Assembly (NCBI GenBank): GCA_965214835.1 | Contig: CBDCCK010000002.1 | Span: 256,001-320,000, forward strand | DNA from: Nitrosopumilaceae archaeon | GTDB lineage: Archaea > Thermoproteota > Nitrososphaeria > Nitrososphaerales > Nitrosopumilaceae | Direction of reading: 5' to 3' | DNA length: 64,000 nt | Shown here: positions 10,124-21,037 of the stretch, in pieces | Layout: each line of letters starts with the position of its first letter | How positions within the stretch are numbered: position 1 is the stretch's first letter | Position numbers and translations under genes: made by a program | The notes under the pieces: generated by a model | What the model was told of the DNA's origin: nothing | What the model saw: only the letters and a program-made list of their open reading frames with translations | Database searches by the model: none

Positions 10124-11278
10124 CTACGATACGCCGAGCTCGCCAAATGTCTTAAGCGTAATCCCCTTGGAGCTGTCCAGCTTGGCAATCCTGTGTCCGA
10201 CCACATACTCGATTCCGGCGCTCTTGGCGCCATCCAGCAGCCGTTGCGTGATGATTCCATCCAGGATCAGGTACTTTATTCCAGACTGCGTGGACAGCTT
10301 GCTTACAAGCTCGCTTATCGGCACCTTGAAGATCTCATTGTTGCCCTTGTCAAGCGCTATGGCCTCAAGGGTCTCGTTAAGGTTTGGATAGATCTTTGCC
10401 GTCAGCGCCGCAATCGGCCTGTCGGCCTCGCTCGGAGCGCCAGCCCGGCCAGAGGTGCCCTTGTCCCCGCTGTTTAGCCTGTCAGCTATTGGCCTTAGGA
10501 TCTCATCGACCCTCTGGGGGGTCAGTTCCTCGACCTCCACGCCAGTGTCTGCCCTTAGCTCGATGTCGACGCGTACGACGGACTTGAGTTCCTTGAGGAT
10601 GAATCCGCCTGCGCGGTCCCCGTCCAAGAATGCGACTACGGTCTCCTTTTTCCTGCAGAGGCTCTTGATTGACTCGTCAATGGTTGCACCGTTGATGGCC
10701 AGTGCGTTGTCATATCCTGCACGCAGCAGGTTGATGATATCGGCACGTCCCTCAACCAGTATTATCCAGGGCGAGTCGTATATCCCCTTGCTACAAGGCA
10801 GCCTGGAGGGCCCGTAGGACTCTACCCTCTTGCCCTCCCCCTCGTGTACGTCCTTGAGCATGGTCTCGCCCTCGCTGACGGTCTTGGTTGCCCAGCGCTG
10901 CTTGATTTCCTTTGCCCTTTTTACAATGTCGTCTTTTTTGGCGGCCCTGACGTCATCTATGGCATCTAGATGGAAGTGGCAGTCAAACGGGCCGACCTTG
11001 TCGATGCTCTCGATTGCAGCTGCAATCAGTGCGCAGGTATCAATGTCGGTACTCATCGGGATCAGGGCGTTACCCTTGGTGGTGTTGGACGTATTGGACG
11101 TATTGACTTCTATACGGCCAATCTTTGAAACGCGTTGGAGCTCATTCAGGTTCATTTCCGGGCCCAGCAGACCTTCTGTCTGGCCAAAAATTGCGCCGAT
11201 TATATCTGCCCGTTCAACGAGTCCATCAACTTCATAGGAAAGTTTAACGTGATACTTGACAATTCCTGATTGAGGCAT
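10124..11278 (-). CDS. dnaG: archaeal DnaG primase-like protein
   Basis: ADIIGAIFGQTEGLLG, TOPRIM VEGRAD and DGDRAG. Confidence 0.95.
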   Translation of the reverse strand: MPQSGIVKYHVKLSYEVDGLVERADIIGAIFGQTEGLLGPEMNLNELQRVSKIGRIEVNTSNTSNTTKGNALIPMSTDIDTCALIAAAIESIDKVGPFDCHFHLDAIDDVRAAKKDDIVKRAKEIKQRWATKTVSEGETMLKDVHEGEGKRVESYGPSRLPCSKGIYDSPWIILVEGRADIINLLRAGYDNALAINGATIDESIKSLCRKKETVVAFLDGDRAGGFILKELKSVVRVDIELRADTGVEVEELTPQRVDEILRPIADRLNSGDKGTSGRAGAPSEADRPIAALTAKIYPNLNETLEAIALDKGNNEIFKVPISELVSKLSTQSGIKYLILDGIITQRLLDGAKSAGIEYVVGHRIAKLDSSKGITLKTFGELGVS

Positions 11279-11435
11279 AAATTTTTCATCTCCTTAATTA
11301 TCATGTCCTAGATGTGGTATTTTGGTTATATGTGCTTATCGCCGGATCCTGCCCCGGAAGTGGCAAAAAACCCCAATATTGCGCACAATATCCGCTAAAA
11401 GGCATGTGAAAAATGGAAGATATGGGACCTAGGGC

Positions 11436-11786
11436 CTATTCGGTGCTAAAGGAGCTGCCGCAGGAACATGATTTTGTCACGTTTGGGTTGTTGATTTTGA
11501 ATCCCGAACCCATCAGGCTTTCAACATAGTCCACATTGGCACCCTTTAGGTGGTCAATGCTATAGCTGTCAACGAGCATTTTGACTCCGTTTTCCTCCAA
11601 GACTATGTCGTCCTCTTCTGCCTTTGTCTCAAAGCCCATTCCGTATGAAAGGCCCGAGCATCCGCCACCTTGGACATAAACCCGCAGGAACTCTGGCTTT
11701 TCGGCCTCTTCTGCCATGAACTCCCTGATCTTTTCTGCAGCCTTTGCGGTAACTGTAACTACCTTTGCTGTCTGTTCGGTTGCCAT
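11436..11786 (-). CDS. A-type Fe-S carrier (HesB/IscA/ErpA family)
   Basis: GGGCSGLSY, NPN..SCSCGSSF; start reassigned to MATEQ because the ORF extension runs into a repeat. Confidence 0.92.
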   Translation of the reverse strand: MATEQTAKVVTVTAKAAEKIREFMAEEAEKPEFLRVYVQGGGCSGLSYGMGFETKAEEDDIVLEENGVKMLVDSYSIDHLKGANVDYVESLMGSGFKINNPNVTKSCSCGSSFSTE

Positions 11787-11836
11787 AATGATTAAAATTT
11801 CGAATTTTGTTATAATAAGCTTTTCACCCCAAACCG

Positions 11837-11926
11837 GCAAGAGTTTACCCCTCCCCCCGGGATACGGCGTGGCAGGCGTGATCATGAAGGCTCCGGCCAG
11901 CAGTGTCGCCTAGGGGGTAAACTCAC
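11837..11926 (+). repeat. ~90-bp MITE-like repeat, family A, copy 3
   Basis: GCAAGAGTTTACCCC / GGGGGTAAACTCAC. Confidence 0.9.
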
Positions 11927-11935
11927 CAAAACCGA

Positions 11936-12023
11936 GGAAGAGTCCACCCCCAGGCGACAGCGCCGGCCAGTGCCTTGATCACCATGCCCACCACGTCATG
12001 TCTTTGAGGGGGCAAACTCCTAC
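11936..12023 (-). repeat. ~90-bp MITE-like repeat, family A, copy 4 (inverted, adjacent to copy 3)
   Basis: Reverse-orientation copy flanked by a perfect 9-bp direct repeat CAAAACCGA (11927-11935 and 12024-12032). Confidence 0.85.
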
Positions 12024-12055
12024 CAAAACCGACTAGAAGACTAAAAAAATGGGAT

Positions 12056-12817
12056 CTATTTTTTGGGCTTGTTGACGAACGCGGTCATCCGCTCCTCTCT
12101 GTCCGGATGGGTAAAGCAGTTCCTCCATGCCAGCAGCTCGATGCCAAGTCCGGTGTCAAGATCCGCATTCCTTCCCTTGTTGATTGCGACCTTGGACATC
12201 TGGACGCCCATCGCAGAGTTGCCTGCAATTTCGGCTGCCATCTTTGTTGCCTCCTCCATCAGAGATGCAAGTGGAACGACCTGGTTTACCAGGCCTATCT
12301 CCTTGGCCTCGTCTGCCTTTATCATGTTGCCCCGATAGACGAGCTCCTTTGCCTTGGCCACGCCGACAATCCTCATCAGCCGCTGCGTGCCGCCCCATCC
12401 GGGGGGAATGCCGATTGTCACCTCGGGCTGGCCCATTCTTGCGGTGTCGGCTGCAATCCTGATGTCGCATGACATTGCAAGCTCGCAGCCGCCGCCCAGT
12501 GCGAATCCGTTGATTGCGGCAATTGTCGGCTGCCTTACATGCTCGACGGTCGCAGTGACCAGCTGGCCCAGCTTTGCATACTCGACGGACTCGTCGGGGG
12601 AGATCTTGGACATGTATGCAATGTCTGCACCTGCAGAGAACGCCTTTTCGCCCTCTCCGGTCAGGATTATGGCCTTGACATTATCGTCGTGTCCTAAATC
12701 CTCAAAGGTCCCGACCAGCTCCCTTGCAACGTCTGAGTTCATTGCGTTGAGCTTGTCCGGACGATTGATCCTGACGGTGCATATCCCGTCAGACTTTGAT
12801 GTTGTAACCAAGGACAT
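12056..12817 (-). CDS. crotonase-family hydratase; probable 3-hydroxypropionyl-CoA dehydratase/crotonyl-CoA hydratase
   Basis: [37 protein letters not shown]; adjacent to an ADP-forming acyl-CoA synthetase as in the thaumarchaeal HP/HB cycle. Confidence 0.85.
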   Translation of the reverse strand: MSLVTTSKSDGICTVRINRPDKLNAMNSDVARELVGTFEDLGHDDNVKAIILTGEGEKAFSAGADIAYMSKISPDESVEYAKLGQLVTATVEHVRQPTIAAINGFALGGGCELAMSCDIRIAADTARMGQPEVTIGIPPGWGGTQRLMRIVGVAKAKELVYRGNMIKADEAKEIGLVNQVVPLASLMEEATKMAAEIAGNSAMGVQMSKVAINKGRNADLDTGLGIELLAWRNCFTHPDREERMTAFVNKPKK

Positions 12818-12867
12818 GTCTGTGATTGGGTGCACACTCGAATTAAATGTTCTCTATTTGCCAATCT

Positions 12868-12933
12868 GTTGCATGTCCTATTTTAGGCACAAAAAATTAG
12901 GTACCTTTACGCGTTCAGGCACGGTTGTGCAAC
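12868..12933. repeat. ~66-bp inverted-repeat element, family B, copy 2
   Basis: CTGTTGCA / TGCAACAG ends; ATTTTAGGCACAAAA...TTACGCGTTCAGGC interior. Confidence 0.7.
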
Positions 12934-12939
12934 AGGCTG

Positions 12940-15057
12940 CTATTTGCCGCGCTTTTTGCCCCACTGCGCCAGTGCAGACGCAGCTGCCACCCAGGTCCTG
13001 AGATCCTGGTAAACCGGAACCTTGTGCCCCTCAATGAGCCTGATCATCTTTTCGGTGTATGGGCCGCCGTTGCCGCCTGCAAGGACAGGCTTGCTTCCCT
13101 TCCTTTTAAAGTCGGCAAGATGGTTCACGATTGTCTCCTCAAGGGGGTCATCTTGGAAGACGAACCACGGCATTGCAATGTCGATGTCTGGCTCGTCCAT
13201 GAACTGCTGGATGACGAACCTATAGTCGTCGGCAGTCGCCCCGCCGCCTACGTCTGCGGGGTTGCCATTGTGGATGGGAACTGCAGGCGGAAAGCGATCC
13301 TTCATCTTTTTCAGTAGTTTCGGGGACAGCCTGCCGATGGTCAGGCCGTGGCTTTCGAGCTGATCAATTGCGCTGATCATCGGCCCTGCACCGTTGCTAG
13401 TCATTGCCACGCGGTTGCCCCCTGCAGGAGGCTGCCATGCCAGCGCCTTTAGGACCCCGACTAGCTCCTGGTAGCTGTCCACGGAGATGATTCCGGCCTG
13501 CTTGAATGCGCCCATGATTATGGCGTTTGAGCCGCCAAGGGAGCCTGTGTGTGAGGCCGCCTGCTTGGCGCCTGCGGCGGTTCTCCCACTCTTCCAGATT
13601 ACGATCGGTTTTTTGGTCTCCTTCATGACGCGCCTTGCGGTATTGATGAATTTTCTGCCGTCGCCGAACCCCTCTACATACAGCCCGATTACCTTAGTCT
13701 GTGGATCGCTTGCCGCATACCATATCATGTCTGCCTCATCGACATCCGAGCGGTTTCCAAAGCTGATCATCTTGGAGAGGCCAAACACATCTGCGCTCTC
13801 CAACATGCTGATTCCCATCGTGCCGCTTTGCGAAAAGAACGCCACCTCGCCTAGCCTGGAGCGGATCATTCTTTTCTGGCCCTGGAATGCGCAGTCCAGA
13901 CGGTTGGCGGCGTTGAACATACCGATGCAGTTGGGCCCGATGATTCGGATCTTGTGCTTTTGGGACAGTCGAGCCACCTCTGCCTCGTATTCTGCGCGTT
14001 CCCCGCCCAGCTCCTTTCCGCCTCCGGAGACGATCACGACGTTGTGAACCCCCTTTTTGGCGCAGTCCTCAAGGACCGGCGGGGTCATTGACAGGTCAAC
14101 TGACACTACGACTAGGTCAACCTTGCCTGGAATATCAGAGACCGACGTGTAGCACTTTTGTCCGAAGATCTTGTCTGCCTTTGGATTAATCGGGTAGACC
14201 CTGCCCTTAAAGTCGTAGTTGACGAGGCTGTCCAGGATGGAGTTTCCAATCTTGCCTGGACTTGCAGATGCGCCGACTAGTGCTACAGACCTTGGGGTAA
14301 AGAACGCCTCCATGTTGTCCCTGTTTGGCCGTGCCCGGGAGACGGAGTTTTTCCTTTTCTCTTTATTGAGGATGATCTTGGCATCCACTACAAAATGGGA
14401 TTTTGGATAGACGACTACGGGGTTAAAGTCGATGCTGTTGACATGGTCTGCGTTTTCGACCCCCAGCCTGCCGATCTGTACCAACATTTTTGCTACCAGG
14501 TTGAGATCGACGGCATCTGCCCCCCGGAAGCCCTTGAGAAGCTTTGAGCCCTTGAGCTCGTTTAGCATTGACTTTGCATCGGCGGCCGTTATAGGCAGCA
14601 TCCTGAATGCGACGTCCTGCATGACCTCGGTCATGATGCCTCCCAGGCCGGCCATGATGACCGGTCCAAACTGGGGATCGTTTTGTATGCCTACGATCAG
14701 CTCGACGCCCTTTGGAACCATTTTTTCCAGGAGGATCCCCTTTACCTTGACGCCCTTCTTTTTTGAAAGCCTGCCGTGCATGTCCCTGAATGTCTTTTTT
14801 ACGTCGCCGGCATTGTCGATTCCGACCTTGACCCCGCCGACATCTGTCTTGTGCAGGATTTGCGGGGAGACTATCTTCATTACAAGCGGGAATCCGATCT
14901 TCTTTGCCTGTTTTGCGGCCTCGGCCTCGGAGGTTACAAGCGCGTATGGCGGAACCCGGACGCCGTAACTTTTGAGGATTGACTTTGACAGCTCCTCGGT
15001 GATGACCTTGTGATCAGTCTCCATAGCCTCCTCGAAGATTTTTTTAGTCAAACTCAT
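12940..15057 (-). CDS. ADP-forming acyl-CoA synthetase; probable 3-hydroxypropionyl-CoA synthetase
   Basis: ATP-grasp N-terminus (HKTDVGGV), CoA-binding VGAS, GPNCIG, ASHTGSL phospho-His; linkage to the hydratase. Confidence 0.85.
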   Translation of the reverse strand: MSLTKKIFEEAMETDHKVITEELSKSILKSYGVRVPPYALVTSEAEAAKQAKKIGFPLVMKIVSPQILHKTDVGGVKVGIDNAGDVKKTFRDMHGRLSKKKGVKVKGILLEKMVPKGVELIVGIQNDPQFGPVIMAGLGGIMTEVMQDVAFRMLPITAADAKSMLNELKGSKLLKGFRGADAVDLNLVAKMLVQIGRLGVENADHVNSIDFNPVVVYPKSHFVVDAKIILNKEKRKNSVSRARPNRDNMEAFFTPRSVALVGASASPGKIGNSILDSLVNYDFKGRVYPINPKADKIFGQKCYTSVSDIPGKVDLVVVSVDLSMTPPVLEDCAKKGVHNVVIVSGGGKELGGERAEYEAEVARLSQKHKIRIIGPNCIGMFNAANRLDCAFQGQKRMIRSRLGEVAFFSQSGTMGISMLESADVFGLSKMISFGNRSDVDEADMIWYAASDPQTKVIGLYVEGFGDGRKFINTARRVMKETKKPIVIWKSGRTAAGAKQAASHTGSLGGSNAIIMGAFKQAGIISVDSYQELVGVLKALAWQPPAGGNRVAMTSNGAGPMISAIDQLESHGLTIGRLSPKLLKKMKDRFPPAVPIHNGNPADVGGGATADDYRFVIQQFMDEPDIDIAMPWFVFQDDPLEETIVNHLADFKRKGSKPVLAGGNGGPYTEKMIRLIEGHKVPVYQDLRTWVAAASALAQWGKKRGK

Positions 15058-15099
15058 AATTCGATCGATTCAACCTTGCTTGAATATATTAAACTTTGG

Positions 15100-15783
15100 T
15101 CAAAGGTTGAATTCCGTTTTGAAATTCTTGTAAAAGTTCTGCATGTTGGACTCGATTTTGGAAATGTTTACGCCGATCTCATCACGGATTCTTTGCGGAT
15201 CTATGTAGGGTATGCCTTCCAGTTTTTTTTCGGCGTTGTCAAGCCAGAGGTTGACCATGTCCCGGTTGACCTCAAAATGAAACTGCACCCCTACTGCAGT
15301 CCCAACCCGAAGGGCTTGGTTCTCGTACAGTTCAGAATGTGCAAGCCTTGTTGCATTTTCAGGTAGTCCAAAGGTATCGCTGTGCCAATGAAAGACCGAA
15401 AACGGGTTTGAGAATCCAGAGAATAACTTCGAGTCTGTGTCTAGTTTCAAATCATGGTAAAAACCGATTTCGGTCTTGGGTCCTCGTGTCACGGACGCTC
15501 CAAATGCTCTGGCGATGAGCTGCGAGCCCAGGCAGATTCCCAGTACGGGCTTTTCTTGCTCCACATGCCGGCAGATTAGCTGCTGTTCATCCCTCAGGTA
15601 CTGCAGGTTGTCATTTGCACTCTGGGGCCCTCCTAGGACAACCAGCAGCGAATACGAGTCGGCTGGAATCGGCTCGTTTTTTGCATGAACGGTACGCGTG
15701 TCGAATCCGTCATCATCCAGCAGACGCCCCAGACTGCCAGATCCCTCGATTCTCGTATTTTGTATGATCAGGACATCGGGCAT
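15100..15783 (-). CDS. type 1 glutamine amidotransferase
   Basis: LGICLGSQL, HWHSD, QFHFE triad motifs. Confidence 0.88.
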   Translation of the reverse strand: MPDVLIIQNTRIEGSGSLGRLLDDDGFDTRTVHAKNEPIPADSYSLLVVLGGPQSANDNLQYLRDEQQLICRHVEQEKPVLGICLGSQLIARAFGASVTRGPKTEIGFYHDLKLDTDSKLFSGFSNPFSVFHWHSDTFGLPENATRLAHSELYENQALRVGTAVGVQFHFEVNRDMVNLWLDNAEKKLEGIPYIDPQRIRDEIGVNISKIESNMQNFYKNFKTEFNL

Positions 15784-16520
15784 GCGGCAAATCACAAAAA
15801 CTGCTTAATATTTGGAACGGGTCAAGCGGCGTTATCCATAATTTTTCCAGAAATCCGTCAAGTCTATTGTGCAGGTACTCAATGGTCTTACCGCCTCAAT
15901 GAATTTCTTCAGCTATGCCATCTTTGTAAGCAATGTGACAGTCGTCTCGATCTCGCGGCGCGTTGGGAGGTGACCGCGCATAATGCCCCATAGCGAAAGC
16001 CATTATCCACATCACGAAATCCCAGCCTTCCCAGAGTAACCCACAAAGCGATTCTAAAACTCGAAACAGCTCAAACAGGCTGCCTGCAGATCCGCATATG
16101 GTCGTCTGCACCGCGATGGGTCGGGTACATTTGGGAAGACTGAATCCTGGAAAATACTTAGTTCATATGGATACTGGTCATAACCATCCGTTTTTTATGA
16201 GTGGGCTACGCACAGATCCCTTGACCGGGATGCGCGAGACCCCTGCGCGGGCCTTCAGGTGCAGGGTATCCCCAAAGGGAACCACAGTTGCTGACAAACA
16301 GTCAGGAGGGCAATACGACGTCACTTCAGTACTTCCTAGATGTACTTTTGCAGACCCGACACGGCACCTCCGCTACTTTCCGCGATCGTTTACAAACGAG
16401 TCGGCCGCATCGACAATGCACGCGACAAACAGCATCATGGTAAACCCCTTCCCTCCTGCAAATCCGTCCCACTTGGATTCCACGTCTATGAACACGGCAG
16501 TCCTCCACAGGTTGTACAGT

Positions 16521-18238
16521 AGACCTTATGCGTAAACGAAATTAGCGGCGATGCCCCCGGCGCACGGGCTACAAATGAGGCAAGTCAGGGCCGGCGCACG
16601 CGCGACTGTACCTTACAACGTTGAAAATATTTGATCAAAACCACAACTATTTTCAGACGATTGATTTAGATCCGGGATCCATTCTCGCATAAGAGTAATG
16701 GCAAAGTCCGAGACCGAGCAGATACGACTGCTGAAGAAGAGAATCGAGCAGTACGAGAAGGAGAAGGTACAGGACAGGAAGGAGAAGGCGCGGGACAAAA
16801 AGAAGATCAAGAAGTATGAGAAGAGGATCAAGAGGCACGAGAAGAAGAGCAGGCAGGACAGGAAGGAGAAGGCGCGGGACAGGACGGAGAGGATGCAGTA
16901 CAGGAAGGAGATCAGAGAGTACGAGAAGAAGAGCAGGCAGGACGGCAGGAGGCAGGAGCGGGATCAGGAGAGGATAGGGCAGCTGGAACAGCAGCTGGAC
17001 GCCGAGCGCCGGATGTGGCCCGCAACCTGGGATGACGACAGGCGCTCCGCGGACAACGCCGCCCTCATGCACAGGCTCGAGGTGCTCGATGACATAATCG
17101 GTGGCGGGTCCCTGCAGCCCACCACGTCGATGAACCTCCGCCAGTTTGACTACATATATGACCGGTTTACGAAGCTTGCCAAAAAGCACACAGAAGGCCC
17201 CCTGTTCTCAGAAGACGAGGACAACTTGCCCGGAAACCGGTGCAAGCTGTCCTACCGCCACGCCCTGCTGATGTCGCTGATGCGCAAGTACGGAAACCCG
17301 ACACAGGAGCAGCTTGCGGCATTCTTTGGCATAGACCAGAGCACCGTATGCAGGTACCTCAGGTATTGCGACATGATATTCACCAAGATACTGCCCACGC
17401 CGGACGCCGTATCGCGAAAGATACGAAACGCCCGCACGATCAAGGAAGTCAAGAAGATCGTCCCGGATCTGACCGTGATTGTAGACGGCACGCACATCGA
17501 CATACAGCGCCCCACAGACAAGGAGCCAAGAAAGGAGGCATACTCTGGCAAGAAGAAGAGCTTTACGCGCAACACCCAGGTGATTGCCGACAAGAAGGGA
17601 CTGGCGATGTATGCAAGCAAGTCGGCGCCCGGAAGCACGCACGACCTCACCATGATAAAGAACAACCCACCGGATCTGGGAATCCTGACTGCCAGGATGC
17701 GCAGCAACAGAAAGCACCCCGAGGACGAGAAGGTAAAGATGTTCTCTGATCTGGGATACATGGGAATCGAGGAGGTGTATCCCGGGGCCACATCCGTGCA
17801 GCCCGACAAGAAGCCAAGGAAAGGCAAGCTTACAAAGAAACAGAAAGCGCAGAACAGGAGGATAAGCAGCAAGAGGGTGACAGTAGAGCACGCCATAGGA
17901 CGGATAAAGCAGTACAAGCGGATGCGTGATCCGTACGACGGGACCGCCGAGGAGTTCGACAGGGAGTTCCAGGTGACGGCCGGGCTTGCCAACTTTAGGC
18001 TGCTGTGGGACAAGCGGAACAAGAAGCTCATGCATGGGTTCTGATACCACGATACGGAGCGCATTGCGGCGCCACACGATGCCGCACTATACTGTAGTTT
18101 TTACCAGCTGTAATGGCTCGTAGCTGCACTATATACGGACTCTGCCGCCCTCATACACGTCATGTGATGCCGTCAGCCTTGCATGTATGGCCGGCCACCG
18201 TCGGAATATTTCGATCCGGTCGATTACGCATAAGGTCT
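16521..18238 (+). mobile_element. IS5-superfamily (DDE_Tnp_4-type) insertion sequence
   Basis: Perfect 15-bp TIR AGACCTTATGCGTAA / TTACGCATAAGGTCT; 3-bp direct repeat AGT. Confidence 0.9.
16698..18044 (+). CDS. IS5-superfamily transposase with charged coiled-coil N-terminus
   Basis: HTH LAAFFGIDQSTVCR, IVDGTH, YSGKKK, GSTHD, DLGYMG, RVTVEHAIGRIK. Confidence 0.9.
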   Translation: MAKSETEQIRLLKKRIEQYEKEKVQDRKEKARDKKKIKKYEKRIKRHEKKSRQDRKEKARDRTERMQYRKEIREYEKKSRQDGRRQERDQERIGQLEQQLDAERRMWPATWDDDRRSADNAALMHRLEVLDDIIGGGSLQPTTSMNLRQFDYIYDRFTKLAKKHTEGPLFSEDEDNLPGNRCKLSYRHALLMSLMRKYGNPTQEQLAAFFGIDQSTVCRYLRYCDMIFTKILPTPDAVSRKIRNARTIKEVKKIVPDLTVIVDGTHIDIQRPTDKEPRKEAYSGKKKSFTRNTQVIADKKGLAMYASKSAPGSTHDLTMIKNNPPDLGILTARMRSNRKHPEDEKVKMFSDLGYMGIEEVYPGATSVQPDKKPRKGKLTKKQKAQNRRISSKRVTVEHAIGRIKQYKRMRDPYDGTAEEFDREFQVTAGLANFRLLWDKRNKKLMHGF

Positions 18239-19552
18239 AGTATGACAGACATATAGAACAGCAGCAGCCTGACGACCGGGGAATTGCTGCACGTCTTGCC
18301 CATTATCCCCTTGATCACCCTGAACCCGGTCTCGATTCCCCACCGACTGCGGTACTCCTCCGGTATCTGCTCAATGACTGCCTCTGCACTTTTAGCAGAC
18401 ATGTTGGTGGCAAAGACCAGATACCTGTCGGCTATGGTCTCCTCTACCTTGTCCTTCTTTGCTGCTGCCGTGCCGTCCTTTTCTACCTCGTCCTTTTCCA
18501 CAATGACTAGCCTGAATGTGGCGCTCTTGCCGTCCTTGTTGGTCATTGTATATTTTGATACCGCACCGCGTTCTCCGCGGTCATGCTCCTCTATTGCCGC
18601 CACTATCCTCCTGTTCTTGACGGCAGGCATGATGTAGCTGCCCGTGCTTGTTTCTGCAGCCCTCATGCAGTCCACGTTAAAGAACCCGCGGTCATACAGG
18701 AACGTCTTGATCCTCATCCCTGATCTGGACGCCTTGCGGATCATTTTAGGCACGAAATCAGCCAGTTTTGCCTCTTTTGGAAGCTGTAGCGAGGAAAGCA
18801 CGAGGTCAGACCCGTCATCTGATCCTATTCCGTGCATGGTAATGTGCGAGAGAAACGTCGACGTGCCGTTCTTGGGCTTTGACTTTCTGGTGATATCCTC
18901 CAGGCCCTTGCCATAGTATTCCACGTCGGTAACGTCCACTGCCACGACGTCCGTGTTGTGCAGCATGCCTGACCTGCGGGCGCACCTTACCGTATGCTGC
19001 AGCATGGAGCTGCACCACTTTTGCGCATCATCCAGGCTGACGCCCCGGATCGCCTTTAGGATCCAGTCCGGACTAGGCGTACGGCAACTATACGCGCCGC
19101 CCTTGGAGGCAGCCCCGTCGTCATGCTGCTGCCTGCTGCATTTTGAGGCCCGCCTGCGAAGGTGCGTCACGGCAGATTCTGCAAACATCCTCCTCTCAGA
19201 CATGAAATATAGAACGCGCAGTGCGTCGATGTGGTCATACACTGCGTTGCGACTCTTTGAGACGGCCAGCCCGAGCTTGGGAAACCGCCGTCGCAATGTT
19301 TTAAACTGTCTCGATGTTATGTCAAACTGGTGTGCAAACACGTCGTTTTGTGTTGGTATCATGATGATGGTTGGCACACCACCTGATCTATAGTATGATG
19401 GTCAAAAAATCTCGGCAAATTGCGTAATTATCGTGCCTGCAAAAGTACATCGAGGAACTACTGACTTGAGCGAAATAATTTTCAGATACGGCCGGATAAC
19501 TAGAAAGTGCGATTTGTCGAATAGATGAATCGTTTTGAAATAAGGGGAAGGT

Positions 19553-20827
19553 TTACGGCCAGAGGCCTCTGTGGTTGAATGCGTCAACCACCCGCGAGAC
19601 TGCAAGTACCATGGCGGCCTTTCTCATGTCGATCTTGTGCTTTTTCGAGAGTGCAAGCGTGTCCCGGAACCCGGTGGTGATGTTTTTCTCCATTTTTTGC
19701 GCCACCTCATCGAAGCTCCAGTAGAACCCCTGGTTGTTTTGAACCCATTCCAGGTAGGAAATGCACACGCCCCCAGAGTTTGCAAGGATGTCAGGAACCA
19801 CGACAATCTTCTTTTTGTAGATTATGGGATCCGCCTCGGGCAGTGTGGGGCCGTTGGCCGCCTCGCCGATAATCCTGCACTTTAGGTTCTTTGCGATTTT
19901 TGCATCGATCTGGTTTTCCAGTGCGCCCGGAATCAGTACATCACACTTGGTTGTAAGTAGCTGTTCAGTCGTGATCTTTTTGCTTCCCGGAAAGCCGACG
20001 ACTGTGCCCTTTTTTTGCTTGTGCTCTAGCAGCTTTGACACCAAGAACCCCTTTGGTGCGAGTATTGAGCCCTTGGAGTCGCTTGCCGCGATGCATGTTG
20101 CCCCCATCTCCTCGAGATACTGGCCTGCAAAGGTCGACGCATTGCCAAACCCCTGAAGGGCGACCGTTGCGCCCTTGAGTTTTATCTTCAAGGACTTTGC
20201 TGCCTCTCTTACACAGTATGCGGTGCCCAACCCAGTAGCCACGTTTCTTGCAAGCGAGCCGCCCATCGGGATTGGTTTTCCGGTAATAACGCCGGGTTGG
20301 TGCTTGTTGCCATGGAGCTTGCCAAACGTATCCATGATCTGGGTCATCTCCTTTCCCGTCGTGTAAACATCAGGCGCAGGAATGTCCTTTTCAGGCCCGA
20401 TGATTTCAGAAATCATAAAGGCGAATCTTCTCGTGATTCGCTCCTTCTCTGCGTCGCTTAGCTTTTCTTTTTTCGGATTGACAAAGACGGCCCCCTTTCC
20501 GCCGCCGAGTGGAACGTCGACTACTGCGCACTTCCAGGTCATCCATGACGAGAGGGCCATTACCTCCCTTTCCATGTATTTGACGCCTCCCTCGGGGTCA
20601 AAGAACCGGATTCCGCCCTTGTACGGGCCGCGATCGTTGTTGTGCTGGCTCCGGAATCCTGTAAAGACGCGGATCTTTCCGTCATCCATCCTTACTGGAA
20701 TCTTTACACGCAGGAGCTTGTTTGGCATTGCAAGATACTCCCGCATTCCCTTGTCCTTGATTCCCAGAATGTCACAGGCGTCGTTGACCTGCTGCGTCGC
20801 ATTATCAAATGGATCTGCTTTTACCAA
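19553..20827 (-). CDS. gdhA: glutamate dehydrogenase
   Basis: GPYKGGIRF, GGGKG, DIPAPDV, QGFGN, EAANGP; probable TTG start at 20827. Confidence 0.95.
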   Translation of the reverse strand: MVKADPFDNATQQVNDACDILGIKDKGMREYLAMPNKLLRVKIPVRMDDGKIRVFTGFRSQHNNDRGPYKGGIRFFDPEGGVKYMEREVMALSSWMTWKCAVVDVPLGGGKGAVFVNPKKEKLSDAEKERITRRFAFMISEIIGPEKDIPAPDVYTTGKEMTQIMDTFGKLHGNKHQPGVITGKPIPMGGSLARNVATGLGTAYCVREAAKSLKIKLKGATVALQGFGNASTFAGQYLEEMGATCIAASDSKGSILAPKGFLVSKLLEHKQKKGTVVGFPGSKKITTEQLLTTKCDVLIPGALENQIDAKIAKNLKCRIIGEAANGPTLPEADPIIYKKKIVVVPDILANSGGVCISYLEWVQNNQGFYWSFDEVAQKMEKNITTGFRDTLALSKKHKIDMRKAAMVLAVSRVVDAFNHRGLWP

Positions 20828-20898
20828 GATAATCGATCCTTTCTGACGCCAAATTCTATTTAAGTCTGATCCTGGAAAAAATTCAAGGCGAGTCTTTG

Positions 20899-20989
20899 GC
20901 AAGAGTCTGCCCCCGAGGCGACACTTCCGGCCAAGGCTCTGATCACAATGCTCCCCACGCCGTATTTTCTGGGGAGGGTAAACTCTTAC
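20899..20989 (-). repeat. ~90-bp MITE-like repeat, family A, copy 5
   Basis: GCAAGAGTCTGCCCCC / GGGTAAACTCTTAC; flanks GAGTCTTTG / CGGTCTTTG. Confidence 0.9.
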
Positions 20990-21037
20990 CGGTCTTTGGC
21001 TTCAAATACTAAAATAAGGCACGCCGGTGGGCAGGAT

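Larger units (their letters stand above)
16373..19377 (-). pseudogene. ISH3 transposase split by insertion (19377-18239 plus 16517-16373)
   Basis: AVDVTD, YDRGFF, YRSRWGIETGFR; removing the nested element restores ...MSVILYNLWRTAVF...RGK*. Confidence 0.88.
16327..19463 (-). mobile_element. ISH3-family element interrupted by a nested IS5-family element
   Basis: 27-bp TIR CAGTACTTCCTAGATGTACTTTTGCAG / CTGCAAAAGTACATCGAGGAACTACTG; 4-bp direct repeat ACTT on both sides. Confidence 0.9.

Noticed and set aside
11837-11926. Family A as a known ribozyme or riboswitch
   Set aside because: No catalytic core I recognise (hammerhead, HDV, twister); flanking duplications favour a MITE.
17208-18077. Long antisense ORFs (289 and 270 aa) over the IS5 transposase
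   Set aside because: Shadow ORFs of a codon-biased gene with no recognisable motifs; the same applies to most overlapping ORFs in the track.
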